From a virus (lineage: Duplodnaviria; Caudoviricetes), in IMG/VR virus record IMGVR_UViG_3300001869_000021, positions 1 through 27,072 of that record: a stretch of 27,072 bases of DNA; one strand, given 5' to 3'. Every line of letters starts with the position of its first letter. The stretch's first letter is position 1. Under the pieces are notes generated by a model. That model saw only the letters and a program-made list of their open reading frames with translations. It was not told where the DNA came from and ran no database searches. Made by a program: the position numbers and the translations under genes. Below, piece after piece: positions 14,818 through 24,783 of this stretch.

Positions 14818-15219
14818 TTATGCCTCTATTGCATTAACAAATTGCGGTATAGATAACACTATTTGAGTATAAAGATTTGTTCTTATGTCCTCAGTAAGAG
14901 GTAACGTGTATTTCTGTGTAGTTAGGATTCTGCTTTTGATATTCATCGAATCGGCCGTTAACTGTGGTAGACTATAATTTAACATTTCCAACGATTCTTC
15001 CTTAGATAAAATACCTTTTAACTGTAATTCAAATAACCGGCTTACTTTGTTTTCTACTACAGTCTTATCTGCCTTTTCTAAATTCCTGTATGATTCGTTT
15101 GTATAACTCGCCATAATGATATGCACCTGATTCAAATTAAAGTCAATCTCTACATTTTCTATACGATGATATAAAGCCGCCAACCCTACATCACTTATTA
15201 CTTCTACTTGTATTGCCAT
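14818..15219 (-). CDS. Hypothetical protein after the tail fibre (possible fibre chaperone)
   Basis: AGGTG RBS; position immediately downstream of the fibre gene. Confidence 0.6.
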   Translation of the reverse strand: MAIQVEVISDVGLAALYHRIENVEIDFNLNQVHIIMASYTNESYRNLEKADKTVVENKVSRLFELQLKGILSKEESLEMLNYSLPQLTADSMNIKSRILTTQKYTLPLTEDIRTNLYTQIVLSIPQFVNAIEA

Positions 15220-15233
15220 TTTTAACACCTACC

Positions 15234-18200
15234 TTAAAATTTAATTATTTTACGTTTTACTATATATGGTGACATATTGTTAAATGCCGCACCACCACCT
15301 GTTATAAGACTGTTATCGACACCCTCCTTTGTGTTTCCGAGCATATAACCAGAACTTCCGGAAGTAACACTGTGAGTATATGGCATTGAATGATAGTGTG
15401 AAGGAATTTGCGATACAGTGAGCGTGACTAATTCTGAACCACTTTTTTGTCCTAAAGATATATTAGATGCCAATGCACCACCACCATCATAAGTTCCTAC
15501 CGCCATTCTACCTCTTGAATCTGGCAAATTAAAAGTGGCAGAACCATCACCTGCACCAAAAACAGTACCTATTGTGCCAAACAACCTTGAATACGTTGTT
15601 CTTGATACTGCTTGACCATTTTCAAACAGATAACCGTCCGGACATGTGTTAGTGTTCCATTCTATAGATGTACCTGTTTTATTTACAGGTGACTCATTTA
15701 CATAAAGACCGTAAGGAGCGACAGTATTTATCATGCCGCCATTTTGTATGGCTATATATGAACTGCCGTCGGGTGCTACGATACTAACGGAACCAGTACC
15801 TATAGTAAATAATACTGAACCACCATTAATGCGAATGCCCATTTGGCTCGAGACATCCAACATAGTCATCGGTAAACTTCCACTAGAACCTAACCCGATA
15901 CTAATAAAATTTGCGTTTGTCGCATCATGCAGCGTTAATGCGGAGGATATACCTATGGATGGGTTAGTATCCATTGTTGCATAACTATTCACATTTCCCG
16001 AAGATATTATCTTATAAACACTCAAGTTTGTTACATCTATATAAGTCGCTAAAATTTTGCCAGTTGTTATATTAGCCCCATTTATTACAGTAGTGCCCGA
16101 CGCAGACAAATTAGCAACCGTTACTAAACCAGTTAAGTTTAATTTTGCCGCATTTATAGATATTCCTTCAGCACTTGCATTTATAGAGGCTATGACACCA
16201 TTGGAATTGACCTTTAAAGCTATGTTATTTGCATTAACTATTAAACTGGCTTCGGCTGTGGCCATGCGTGAGGTTACACCTGTCACATTACTATTCGTAG
16301 TAACCAAATCCGTCGCAAGTGCTTTTAATACAATCTGCCCTGCTTGAGTAGTAATACTTGCTTCTGCGGTGGTGACTCGGGTTGTTAAGGCTGTTGCATT
16401 TGTATTGGCAAGATTTGCAGCAGTTTGAGCGGTTGCTGCATTTGTTACGCCTAGAGTAGCTTGAGCTTGTGCTGTAGCCGCATTAGTTACTCCTAAATCC
16501 GCTCTTGCTTTTGCAGTAGTAGCTATTGCATTTAATATATCGGTTTTTGCATTGTAATAATTCTTCCAGGTTGTATCCCACGTTGCTCTGACAATTACTG
16601 TAGTTGTGGTCATAGACGTAAATAACGTTAACGTGGTATTTAGATATATGTTCAATGCGCTATAAGCGGTATCGAAGGCTGTGTCTGAAACTCCAAACGC
16701 TAACGCTTGAACTATTATTTTGCCTGTTGTAAGCGCACCATCTACTACAATTAAATCCCATTCCTGTTTCAAGGATAGTTTTTCATCTGGGGTTACTGCT
16801 GTTCCTGATGCTAAATTATCGGTGTATGCTTTAGCGTTCGTAGCTGTTCCTTGGGCAGCGACTGCTGCTGCTTGAGCCGTTGCGGCATTGGTTACGCCTG
16901 TATCCGCTAAATTGTGAGCCGTTAAGGCATCTGCAACACCTTGATTTGCTTTAGTCTGAGCTATAGCCGCATTAGTTACACCAAGGGTTGCTTGAGTCTG
17001 CGCTGCTGTAACGTTACTATTGGTGGTTGTTAAATCTGTCTGACTTGCTTTTAATACAATTTGTCCTTGTAAAGTACTTATACTTGTGCCTTGACTCGTT
17101 ACCGTTGTGCCTTGACCTGTTACTGTGGTACTCAAAGCACCAAAAGCAACCTCTAATGTTTGTCCTGTGGGATCGTATTTTACATGGCTCGATTTTACTA
17201 ATGTCGTCGCTCCATTGACCTGGGATACAAGACTTTCTTTTTCAATCTTACCGCCATTGATATTTGCGTTCGTAGCAATATTACTATCATCTACTGCACC
17301 CTGTGTTATGCCGGCGTGAGTTACGCCATCGGTCCCGAAAAGAACTGTTGTTCCATCTACGCCACGAATAAGAAGATTATAGTCTCCACTATTCAAGCCT
17401 AGAGAAACACGTTCTTTGCCTGCCACATCCCAAAGTTTTATAGTATCGCCTACTATTTTTAATTTTCCATTATCGCTTTGAACTGTAAATTTATTTGTTG
17501 AAATATTTCCAGCAATAAGTTTTAGTACGTCGAGTGAGATTATTTGTCCTGAAGCTATTGCTGCCGTTCCTATTACCGCACTACCTGCCTGTATTGCGCC
17601 TGCCGCTAGATTTGCGGCGCCTACGTTTCCGGCCAGCAAAGTATTGATTGAAGCTACACTTGAGGTCAAACTTGTTATATTGCCATTTGCAGCTGTCAAA
17701 TTTACGATTGTTGCATAGGTACTACTTAGATTATTAACTTTTCCCATGTCTATTGTTGCATTATCAATTATGCCATTAGTAATATGAGCTGTGGTGGTTT
17801 CAAGAGTACCTATGCGACCTGTAACAACACTTAAATCCTGTATGTCCGCAATAACAATATGCACGTTTTGAAGTTGTGACCAATCTATACCGTCTACTTT
17901 AGTGCCATCTACCAGGCCATCAACGGTAGTCACGGTCTCTACAACGTCTGCCGTATCAATAAATCTTACTTGCAGATTTTCAAGGGAAAGTATTTTGTTT
18001 GCTATTTCGCATGTGTTTCTTTCGGGTTCGTCAGGATATTCTGTCAGTTTAATAATCCTTTGCTGTTCCTTTGTATTTTTGCTTTTTGCTAATAGGGTTA
18101 TTGTATCGCCTAAGCTATAATCCAAAATAGCGTATTGAGTATTAATATTCGCCAAATCAATTACTTCAGCTTTGTAGGCTGCATAAGGCTTGCTTAGATA

Positions 18201-18938
18201 ATCCAATCTTACTATGGCATCATCTTTTAAATCTTGTGCTACGGTATAGCGATTGTCTTCCCAGTATGCAGTTATAACTTTGTTGCTGTACTGATAGTTC
18301 TCGATATAATTTAAACCACCGTTTATGCTTGCTATACCCAGCCCATCTTTACCAAGAGGAATGAGCCTTGTGATATAATCATAAGAGTTTCTTTGTATAT
18401 CTAATTTTTTAAGATTTAATTGCTCTGCAAAATAAGTTCCTTTATCAGTGCCCATGCTCTGGTAGATATAAACTTTCTTATTAATACTGTCAAAGGTCAT
18501 TTCACAGTCATAAGCACTTTGTATTTCTTGCAGCACAACATAAGCAGTGCAGTTGTTTTTTCTTACTGTCCTTAGTTTGGTGACATCACAAGTGCCTATA
18601 GTCCAACCAGTGCCCACTAATGCTAAATTAATGCTATTAGTGCAACTCTGCTCAACTGTTTCAAAATGAGATACATCTTTGCCTTTTATGCCCTCAATAT
18701 TTATTTTACAAATATATTCAGTCCAATCATCATCTTTAAAATTTACTTCTTTTACTATGTACTCATTATCTTTAGTCCTTATATAGCATTCTTCTTGGAT
18801 TAAATCATGCTTCAAATCTGAAATTGGATATAAAAAAGAGAAGGTATCCTCAATGTTGATTTCCTTCTCGATTTTGAGCTCTTTATAATTTGTAAGTCCA
18901 TCTATTTTATTATGATTTATGTCATAAAGCTGAAGCAT
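15234..18938 (-). CDS. Tal-like tail spike/fibre protein with C-terminal tail-collar domain
   Basis: N-terminal prophage tail domain (ITRLIPLGKDG...WEDNRY...LGDTI), Ala/Thr-rich coiled-coil repeats, collar motif PDGYLFENGQAVSRTTYSRLFGTIGTVFGAGDGSATFNLPDSRGR. Confidence 0.85.
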   Translation of the reverse strand: MLQLYDINHNKIDGLTNYKELKIEKEINIEDTFSFLYPISDLKHDLIQEECYIRTKDNEYIVKEVNFKDDDWTEYICKINIEGIKGKDVSHFETVEQSCTNSINLALVGTGWTIGTCDVTKLRTVRKNNCTAYVVLQEIQSAYDCEMTFDSINKKVYIYQSMGTDKGTYFAEQLNLKKLDIQRNSYDYITRLIPLGKDGLGIASINGGLNYIENYQYSNKVITAYWEDNRYTVAQDLKDDAIVRLDYLSKPYAAYKAEVIDLANINTQYAILDYSLGDTITLLAKSKNTKEQQRIIKLTEYPDEPERNTCEIANKILSLENLQVRFIDTADVVETVTTVDGLVDGTKVDGIDWSQLQNVHIVIADIQDLSVVTGRIGTLETTTAHITNGIIDNATIDMGKVNNLSSTYATIVNLTAANGNITSLTSSVASINTLLAGNVGAANLAAGAIQAGSAVIGTAAIASGQIISLDVLKLIAGNISTNKFTVQSDNGKLKIVGDTIKLWDVAGKERVSLGLNSGDYNLLIRGVDGTTVLFGTDGVTHAGITQGAVDDSNIATNANINGGKIEKESLVSQVNGATTLVKSSHVKYDPTGQTLEVAFGALSTTVTGQGTTVTSQGTSISTLQGQIVLKASQTDLTTTNSNVTAAQTQATLGVTNAAIAQTKANQGVADALTAHNLADTGVTNAATAQAAAVAAQGTATNAKAYTDNLASGTAVTPDEKLSLKQEWDLIVVDGALTTGKIIVQALAFGVSDTAFDTAYSALNIYLNTTLTLFTSMTTTTVIVRATWDTTWKNYYNAKTDILNAIATTAKARADLGVTNAATAQAQATLGVTNAATAQTAANLANTNATALTTRVTTAEASITTQAGQIVLKALATDLVTTNSNVTGVTSRMATAEASLIVNANNIALKVNSNGVIASINASAEGISINAAKLNLTGLVTVANLSASGTTVINGANITTGKILATYIDVTNLSVYKIISSGNVNSYATMDTNPSIGISSALTLHDATNANFISIGLGSSGSLPMTMLDVSSQMGIRINGGSVLFTIGTGSVSIVAPDGSSYIAIQNGGMINTVAPYGLYVNESPVNKTGTSIEWNTNTCPDGYLFENGQAVSRTTYSRLFGTIGTVFGAGDGSATFNLPDSRGRMAVGTYDGGGALASNISLGQKSGSELVTLTVSQIPSHYHSMPYTHSVTSGSSGYMLGNTKEGVDNSLITGGGAAFNNMSPYIVKRKIIKF

Positions 18939-18958
18939 TGAAGTACCCCCTTTTTAAA

Positions 18959-19339
18959 TTAGTCCTCAATCATGTAGTCAATTGTCATGAGCTCTGCTGG
19001 TGTCATACTACACCCGTCCAGGACACCGATTAAAAATGTGTGAATGTTGACCTCATTTTCTATGGCGAGCAGTTCCTGAATATCTTTGCTCCAGTCTGCC
19101 AAGCATTCTTTTTGAAGCCCAACTTGATTATTTTCGCCTACAATAGTTTTACCTTCGGAGTCTTTTTGACTGTATTTTTCTATCAGTTTTTCTCTTTCTT
19201 TATTATAGATTTTTAGCTCTGCTTCTAATTTCGCTATATTTTTAGCAATAGCATAGGATGCTTTTACTGGCAATTCTTTTTTGGATATTTCGGATAATTT
19301 AGAAGAATCATTGAGTATGCGTTCGTTGCTTAATTTCAT
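18959..19339 (-). CDS. Tail-associated hypothetical protein (DUF1617-like)
   Basis: LPVKASYAIAKN...REKLIEKY pattern; GGAAGGTGG RBS. Confidence 0.6.
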   Translation of the reverse strand: MKLSNERILNDSSKLSEISKKELPVKASYAIAKNIAKLEAELKIYNKEREKLIEKYSQKDSEGKTIVGENNQVGLQKECLADWSKDIQELLAIENEVNIHTFLIGVLDGCSMTPAELMTIDYMIED

Positions 19340-19405
19340 TTAATGTTACCACCTTCCAAAATGTGATTACCCGCAGAAAACTGCGGATAATCAGAGCTCT
19401 TCTAA

Positions 19406-19645
19406 TTAGAATATCACATAGCCTAGTTCTATTGCTCTTTCAGTTACTGCTGCCATAAATGCATCGTACTGAACTTTCACGTCTGCAGAATTAGCTGATG
19501 CCAGTACTTTGTTTGAAGTGCTTGCACTTATACTGACATTCATATTTGCACTGTCAAGTGTTGCGTTTAGATACATTACTGCTACATCGACCCCGTTGTC
19601 TTTCACCATTACCTGGGATGTGAAATTTGTTGTCTCGTTAATCAT
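19406..19645 (-). CDS. Hypothetical tail-region protein
   Basis: GAAGGA RBS; operon orientation. Confidence 0.65.
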   Translation of the reverse strand: MINETTNFTSQVMVKDNGVDVAVMYLNATLDSANMNVSISASTSNKVLASANSADVKVQYDAFMAAVTERAIELGYVIF

Positions 19646-19669
19646 TGCTTTTTCCTTCTTTCTTTTAAT

Positions 19670-20359
19670 TTAAATATATTTAGGTTTATAAGCTATTTTA
19701 ACCACACAATTAACTGTGCTCGATGTAATTGTATTTGCACCCGGCTGCAACGTTGGGAAGTTCCACATATCCGTTTCAGCAAATTTGTTCAAACCGCTCT
19801 CGGTTATTAGGCATTGCTCACCGTCAATAATTACCGGTGTATTGGCGTGTAGGTTGTTTACTGTGATAGGCTTTCCCATACCGGTTATAGTTACCGATGC
19901 TAGATTAATCGGTGGCGTGAGCGTTACCACGGCGGGCGTGGGAAGATTTCCGGGGACTGTGACGGTCTGGGAGGTACCGGATAATGTGACGGCTACTGCC
20001 GGAAGATAAGCATATCCGCTTTTCAATTCAATATCTAGTGTATAAAATCCTTTTACAATTCTTACATGCGATTTATTAACGATTAAGCAATCATAATAAA
20101 AACTTAAATCATCAAACTTTATTGTGCATTTTTCAAATTGTTTTATTAAATTGCTTATATCGTTTAAAGAGCTTTCATCATCTATGTCTTTTATTAATAA
20201 CTGTAATTTTATTTGTTTATAAGTTTCTTGCTTGCTTAAGTACAAAGGATTTAAAGCATTTCTCAGCCAATCGTCATAGATTGTGATTTCGGCGGTTTGA
20301 ATGTCTTTTGAAAGGTACGTAGCCTTAAAAGTGCTTATGTCTATATTGTTTATTAGCAT
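19670..20359 (-). CDS. Distal tail protein (Dit)
   Basis: Directly follows the TMP; GNLPTP...FPTLQPGANTI motifs. Confidence 0.8.
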   Translation of the reverse strand: MLINNIDISTFKATYLSKDIQTAEITIYDDWLRNALNPLYLSKQETYKQIKLQLLIKDIDDESSLNDISNLIKQFEKCTIKFDDLSFYYDCLIVNKSHVRIVKGFYTLDIELKSGYAYLPAVAVTLSGTSQTVTVPGNLPTPAVVTLTPPINLASVTITGMGKPITVNNLHANTPVIIDGEQCLITESGLNKFAETDMWNFPTLQPGANTITSSTVNCVVKIAYKPKYI

Positions 20360-22257
20360 TAGCCCTGCCTCCTTTGCACTAAAACAGCAGCCTGATTCAT
20401 AAAATAATCTATATCTTTCTGACCGGCAAAACTGTATGAACCATTAAAGTTTATAACTGTACTGTTTTGTGGCATTGTACCACCACCGCTGTTCACCCTC
20501 TCAATTTCGCTCCTAAATATACTTTTTAAATCGTCCAGAGCACCGACAAATTCAGGTCTTTTTTCGCCAACTCCAATAATGCCAGGAGTATTAAAAATAC
20601 CACCTTTATCGTACCAACTAACTCCGAGACTTGGTATACTTGGAGGTGCTAAGCTAAAACTACCGCTTATGTTGAAATGTGGTAGATTGATGTGAGGTAT
20701 TTTAATTTCCGGTAAGCGTAAATTATTAAAAAAACCAAAGACGGCATTAATGGCGCCACTAGCAATTCTCTTCATGTTTTCCATATCATCGGAAAATTGA
20801 GTACTAATTTCAGCCCATTTACCACCAAATATTGTTCCGATATTGTTCATGTCCGAATTAAACTGTGCTGTAATTTCAGCCCATTTACTGCTGGATTTTG
20901 TTCCGATATTATCCATATCTCTAGAAAACTGCGTCGTAATTTCAGTCCACTTGGCACTTAAAAAAGCACTAATCGTATCCCAGTTTTTATATAGTAAAAA
21001 TCCTATTGCTATTAATGCACCAATCGCTAAAATTACAATCGTGATAGGCGATGTTATAAACGCTAAAACAGCACCAAACGCACCTACCGCTATTGTCATT
21101 ATTCCTGTAGTTATTGCCCCCCAACCCATCGCTATATTATAGGCAACTATGGCAATAGTAAATGTTCCCAGGACTATACCTATTATTGTTAATAAAGTTG
21201 AGTTTTTATCAATCCATGCGGGTATCGCCATTAAACTAGCCAGCATCCCTTGAAGTTGTGGCAATATTTTAGCAAGGGCCTCACCGACCATGCCCATCAC
21301 AGATACCTTTGCGGCCTCCATGCTATCGCCGAATCCATCAAGTCCTGCAATTGCTTCATTTGATAATACTGCACCGGTGTCATGTGCTTCTTTTGTTAGC
21401 TTTGCTATTTCTCCTGCACTTGCTTTTATCAATGGATTGAGTTCCATTGCAGATTTACCAAATATTTTTTGGGCATAAGCGTCACGTTCAGTTTCATTTG
21501 TCATTGCTCCAAGCGCTGTTAAGGCTTCCTGCATTACAACCTTGCTGTCTCGCATGTTCCCATTACCATCTACAACAGATACCCCTAAGGATTTAAAAGC
21601 TTCCGCTTGAGCGCCCGTACCATCTTTCGCCGCATACATGGACTTAGTCAGCATAGATTGAGCTTTTGTCATTGTTTCTAATTCAACGTCTAATTTTGTG
21701 CCTACATACTGTAATTCTTGCACTCTCTCGGCTGTCAATCCGTAAATGTCTGCTGTAACTTGTATTTTATCTGCATTTTCTAACTCAGCAACACCCATAG
21801 CAACAAACGCTGCTCCTGCGGCAACTGCGGTCGCTCCTGCGGCAATACCTATGTTTTTAAGATTCTTTACAGCTTGATCGCTTGTGAGTGCTCCATTGGC
21901 TTTTTTTGCTTGAGTTTCTAATCCCTTTAAATTTTGCTCAGTTTTAACTACTTCGCGTTGCAGTGCTCTATATTGTTCCTCTGAAATTTTGCCTTGTTTG
22001 AACTGCTCTTGAGCTTGTGATTCTGCTTGCTTCAAGGTGTCAAGTTTACCTTTAGTGGTAGATACACTTTCGGCTAATAACTTTTGTTTTTGATTCAATA
22101 AATCGGTGTTAGTCGGATCTAGCTTCAAAAGTTTGTTCACTTGTGTCAATTCGCTTTGGAGGTCACGGCTTGTTTTATTTACACCTTGTAATGCCTTATC
22201 GAGTGGCCCAGTATCTCCACCAATTTCAACCGTAATACCTTTAATTGTACCTGCCAT
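20359..22257 (-). CDS. Tail tape measure protein
   Basis: MAGTIKGITVEIGGDT start, coiled coil, TM segments, Trp-spaced repeats, WYDKGGIF..PGIIGVGEKRPE C-terminus. Confidence 0.9.
   Translation of the reverse strand: MAGTIKGITVEIGGDTGPLDKALQGVNKTSRDLQSELTQVNKLLKLDPTNTDLLNQKQKLLAESVSTTKGKLDTLKQAESQAQEQFKQGKISEEQYRALQREVVKTEQNLKGLETQAKKANGALTSDQAVKNLKNIGIAAGATAVAAGAAFVAMGVAELENADKIQVTADIYGLTAERVQELQYVGTKLDVELETMTKAQSMLTKSMYAAKDGTGAQAEAFKSLGVSVVDGNGNMRDSKVVMQEALTALGAMTNETERDAYAQKIFGKSAMELNPLIKASAGEIAKLTKEAHDTGAVLSNEAIAGLDGFGDSMEAAKVSVMGMVGEALAKILPQLQGMLASLMAIPAWIDKNSTLLTIIGIVLGTFTIAIVAYNIAMGWGAITTGIMTIAVGAFGAVLAFITSPITIVILAIGALIAIGFLLYKNWDTISAFLSAKWTEITTQFSRDMDNIGTKSSSKWAEITAQFNSDMNNIGTIFGGKWAEISTQFSDDMENMKRIASGAINAVFGFFNNLRLPEIKIPHINLPHFNISGSFSLAPPSIPSLGVSWYDKGGIFNTPGIIGVGEKRPEFVGALDDLKSIFRSEIERVNSGGGTMPQNSTVINFNGSYSFAGQKDIDYFMNQAAVLVQRRQG
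20770..20952 (-). repeat. About three 66-bp (22-aa) tandem repeats in the TMP
   Basis: KW(T/A)EI..QF..DM.N units beginning at 20952, 20886 and 20820. Confidence 0.8.
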
Positions 22258-22298
22258 AATGTACCTCCTTCCTATAAAAATAAAAACACCCTAAGGTG

Positions 22299-22562
22299 CT
22301 ACTTTGCCATCTTTGCCCTTAACGCTTTTCTGTCAGGCTCGGTTTGTGTCAATATCCAGCATTTATCTAAGTAGTCTCTACCCTCTTCACTCTGCGAATA
22401 GTTATATACGACCGCATCCCTTAAATATAGCCAATATTCAAATACGCCAAGCTTTTCTAATCGGTCAAAATCGTATCCAGTGTATTCACAAACAATCTTT
22501 TCTTCTATCGTATTTACTTCATAATGTCCCTTCTCATCATCACTTGGGAAGGAAGGGACCAT
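22299..22562 (-). CDS. Tail assembly chaperone C-terminal extension (gpT-like, -1 frame)
   Basis: In the -1 frame relative to the upstream chaperone, between the MTP and TMP. Confidence 0.75.
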   Translation of the reverse strand: MVPSFPSDDEKGHYEVNTIEEKIVCEYTGYDFDRLEKLGVFEYWLYLRDAVVYNYSQSEEGRDYLDKCWILTQTEPDRKALRAKMAK

Positions 22563-22571
22563 TAGTTTTTT
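22526..22571 (-). promoter_or_regulatory. Programmed -1 frameshift signal
   Basis: Slippery heptamer A AAA AAC (22565-22571) just before TAA; stem GTCCCTTC/GAAGGGAC begins 5 nt downstream. Confidence 0.75.
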
Positions 22572-22858
22572 GAGGACTTTTCCTTACTCAGCCATTCAAA
22601 GTATGCAGTTAAAATCTCATTTAACTGGTCTAAATCTAACTCATCAACAATTTCACTTGACACCACATAGCCAGACTTATTTTTATTTAAAATCACGTGC
22701 ACGGCTTCGGCTAAATCGTCCATGGCTTCTGCGCTTCGTGACTTAGATAAGCTCATAATTTTCTTTAACGTTTTAATCTTTGGTGGCTCAACCTCGAGCG
22801 TCAAATCGCCTATTTTAATATCAAAATATCTCTTGTTTATAACCGATATATCAAACAT
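22562..22858 (-). CDS. Tail assembly chaperone (gpG-like)
   Basis: GAGGGG RBS before ATG 22858; follows the major tail protein. Confidence 0.8.
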   Translation of the reverse strand: MFDISVINKRYFDIKIGDLTLEVEPPKIKTLKKIMSLSKSRSAEAMDDLAEAVHVILNKNKSGYVVSSEIVDELDLDQLNEILTAYFEWLSKEKSSKN

Positions 22859-22874
22859 AATATTTTCCCCTCTC

Positions 22875-22908
22875 AAAATAAAAGGGGCAAGCATTTCGCT
22901 CACCCCTT
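22875..22908 (-). terminator. Terminator/attenuator after the major tail protein
   Basis: AAGGGGTGAGC-GAAAT-GCTTGCCCCTT-TTATTTT. Confidence 0.65.
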
Positions 22909-22918
22909 CTTACAATTT

Positions 22919-23461
22919 TTAAATCGTTGGAATATCCTCTTCATAAATAAGCAGCGTTCCTTCGCTGTCGAGTGGTGCTGCTTTAAATTCTGCATCCACG
23001 ACGGTCGCTTTGTCGGTGACGAATACAAGGCTAAATCCTGCTTGATTATTTCCGACTATTGTTACTCGAATATTTCCGTCTACTGCATCCTCGTGGACAA
23101 ATCTAAGGACATAGCGCTTACCGTCCTGATTACCTAACCCACCTATTTTCACTGTTCGCTTGCCGAGTAATTCGGTAACTCTTGCAGTCGCACATAACTT
23201 TTCGAGTGTTTTACCACACCATGTCATGATTCCTGATTTCAGGGTGACCTCTTCAACCGTTACAACTGTTTTACTCACGAGTCCCAAATCATCTTTAGCT
23301 TCGTAAAACGTTGGCTTGTATACAACCGTTGCTCCACCCGAGATAAGCCCTAACAAATTATCCTCGACTTCTAACAATATGTCTGTTGGGATTTCAGTGA
23401 CAAATTCATCTACGTACAATTTCCCACTACCTAATACGATTTTTTCGCCTTCTGTTGCCAT
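22919..23461 (-). CDS. Major tail protein
   Basis: Size, synteny and IVLGSGKLY...LGLISGGAT motif. Confidence 0.8.
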   Translation of the reverse strand: MATEGEKIVLGSGKLYVDEFVTEIPTDILLEVEDNLLGLISGGATVVYKPTFYEAKDDLGLVSKTVVTVEEVTLKSGIMTWCGKTLEKLCATARVTELLGKRTVKIGGLGNQDGKRYVLRFVHEDAVDGNIRVTIVGNNQAGFSLVFVTDKATVVDAEFKAAPLDSEGTLLIYEEDIPTI

Positions 23462-23465
23462 TTTT

Positions 23466-23789
23466 TTACCCTCTTTCTGTTATTTTAATTGTGTAAATAA
23501 TCTGATATAAAGATTCGGTATCCACGTACGCCTCAGTGACATCATACTCAGAATTTATACTGTTCAATACTGCTTCGATCTTTTGCTCTGCAACTAAATC
23601 TTTCTTCACCGTGTAAAGTTCAACCTGATAAAACTTAAATTTTCCATGTACCTTGAAATCCGATGAAATATTATTGTCAAATGCCCTCAAGTAAACGATA
23701 TAAGGCGGCGTTGGTGCTGTTGTAAAATGATGATATGATACTGGGTATAAAGTTGTTTTTAGCAGTGTAAATAATTCAGCTTGGGTCAT
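23466..23789 (-). CDS. Tail terminator protein
   Basis: PVSYHHF...PPYIVY...YQVELYT; synteny. Confidence 0.75.
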   Translation of the reverse strand: MTQAELFTLLKTTLYPVSYHHFTTAPTPPYIVYLRAFDNNISSDFKVHGKFKFYQVELYTVKKDLVAEQKIEAVLNSINSEYDVTEAYVDTESLYQIIYTIKITERG

Positions 23790-24172
23790 TTTGCACTCAC
23801 CGCCTTTTCTATCCGCTTAACTAATTCTGTTTTAGCCTTTTCCTCGTTTGGCGCTATGTGTGGCTTTCCCTCTACCCTGCCGCCGTTTACTTTAGCGTGG
23901 CCAAATTCCAGCAAATGGGTTAACTGGTAGTCTGTAGAATTATAAGTTGTTATACGGATATTATTTTTATCCTCAAACGCAACTTTAGCTTTCCAACCTT
24001 TTTTATATCCACCACCATGGGCACCCGCGCGCACTGGACTATCACGTTTGATGTTTTCGGTCATTTCTTTGCTGACATCTTTGCAAGCCTGTTTGACTTC
24101 TTCGGCTACCTCAACTGTATACTTTGATAATTCAGCCATGAGTTGAGCTGTTAAATCGTCTACTTGTGCCAT
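23786..24172 (-). CDS. HK97 gp10-like tail completion protein
   Basis: SPVR...YKKGW...YQLTHLLEFGH...PHIAP. Confidence 0.85.
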   Translation of the reverse strand: MAQVDDLTAQLMAELSKYTVEVAEEVKQACKDVSKEMTENIKRDSPVRAGAHGGGYKKGWKAKVAFEDKNNIRITTYNSTDYQLTHLLEFGHAKVNGGRVEGKPHIAPNEEKAKTELVKRIEKAVSAK

Positions 24173-24174
24173 GG

Positions 24175-24513
24175 CTATGCACCTGCCTTTTTATTGCAGT
24201 ACAACTCAATCAAACTATCAGCACGTGGATATGTACGGTATATGCTGTACTCCACGTCTTCATATAATACCGATATTTCATTGTCATACTCTTCTAAGTC
24301 TACAACCAATAAGCGTTCAGGCTTTATTTCTCGAAGTCCTGCATTAAAATACTCAGATGAATTTAAAGGCAACTCAGCACAAAATACTTGTCTGTTTGCT
24401 GATGTTTCGGTTTGATTTCCAATGTCATCTTCTGTAATAGTTACTGATTGCAAGTAACAAATGAGGTCTAGCGATATGTTGTTTTTGTCTGATATATTTT
24501 TAAGTTTCAACAT
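24175..24513 (-). CDS. Head closure/head-tail adaptor
   Basis: DDIGNQ...VF...SEYFNAG...YSIYRTY...IELYC; synteny. Confidence 0.8.
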   Translation of the reverse strand: MLKLKNISDKNNISLDLICYLQSVTITEDDIGNQTETSANRQVFCAELPLNSSEYFNAGLREIKPERLLVVDLEEYDNEISVLYEDVEYSIYRTYPRADSLIELYCNKKAGA

Positions 24514-24775
24514 ACGCGGACCTCACTTTCACTATTCTATTGCGTATTCTGTTAGATAGGTTTTGTGACATTCCCACGTCTTCTTGTCTCTTGCGATACT
24601 TCCATGCGGCGTAGTCAGACAGAAGCATCTGATCTTCAATATTAGCCAAATCCAATGTTATGCCTTTGCTTTCAATTTCTGTTTGTGCAGCACCCAAAAG
24701 TGCTGTAAAAAAAGTATCTCTTAGAGTATGTGTTATGCCTAAATCTATTTTTAATAGGCTTAAGATCGTTCCCAT
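24500..24775 (-). CDS. Head-tail connector (HK97 gp6/SPP1 gp15-like)
   Basis: LKIDLGI..TLRD...DYAAWKYRKR; synteny. Confidence 0.8.
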   Translation of the reverse strand: MGTILSLLKIDLGITHTLRDTFFTALLGAAQTEIESKGITLDLANIEDQMLLSDYAAWKYRKRQEDVGMSQNLSNRIRNRIVKVRSAYVET

Positions 24776-24783
24776 TTTATCAC

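Noticed and set aside
15234-15700. Diversity-generating retroelement or invertible tail-fibre tip
   Set aside because: No reverse transcriptase or invertase in the window, and no second copy of the fibre 3' end was noticed.
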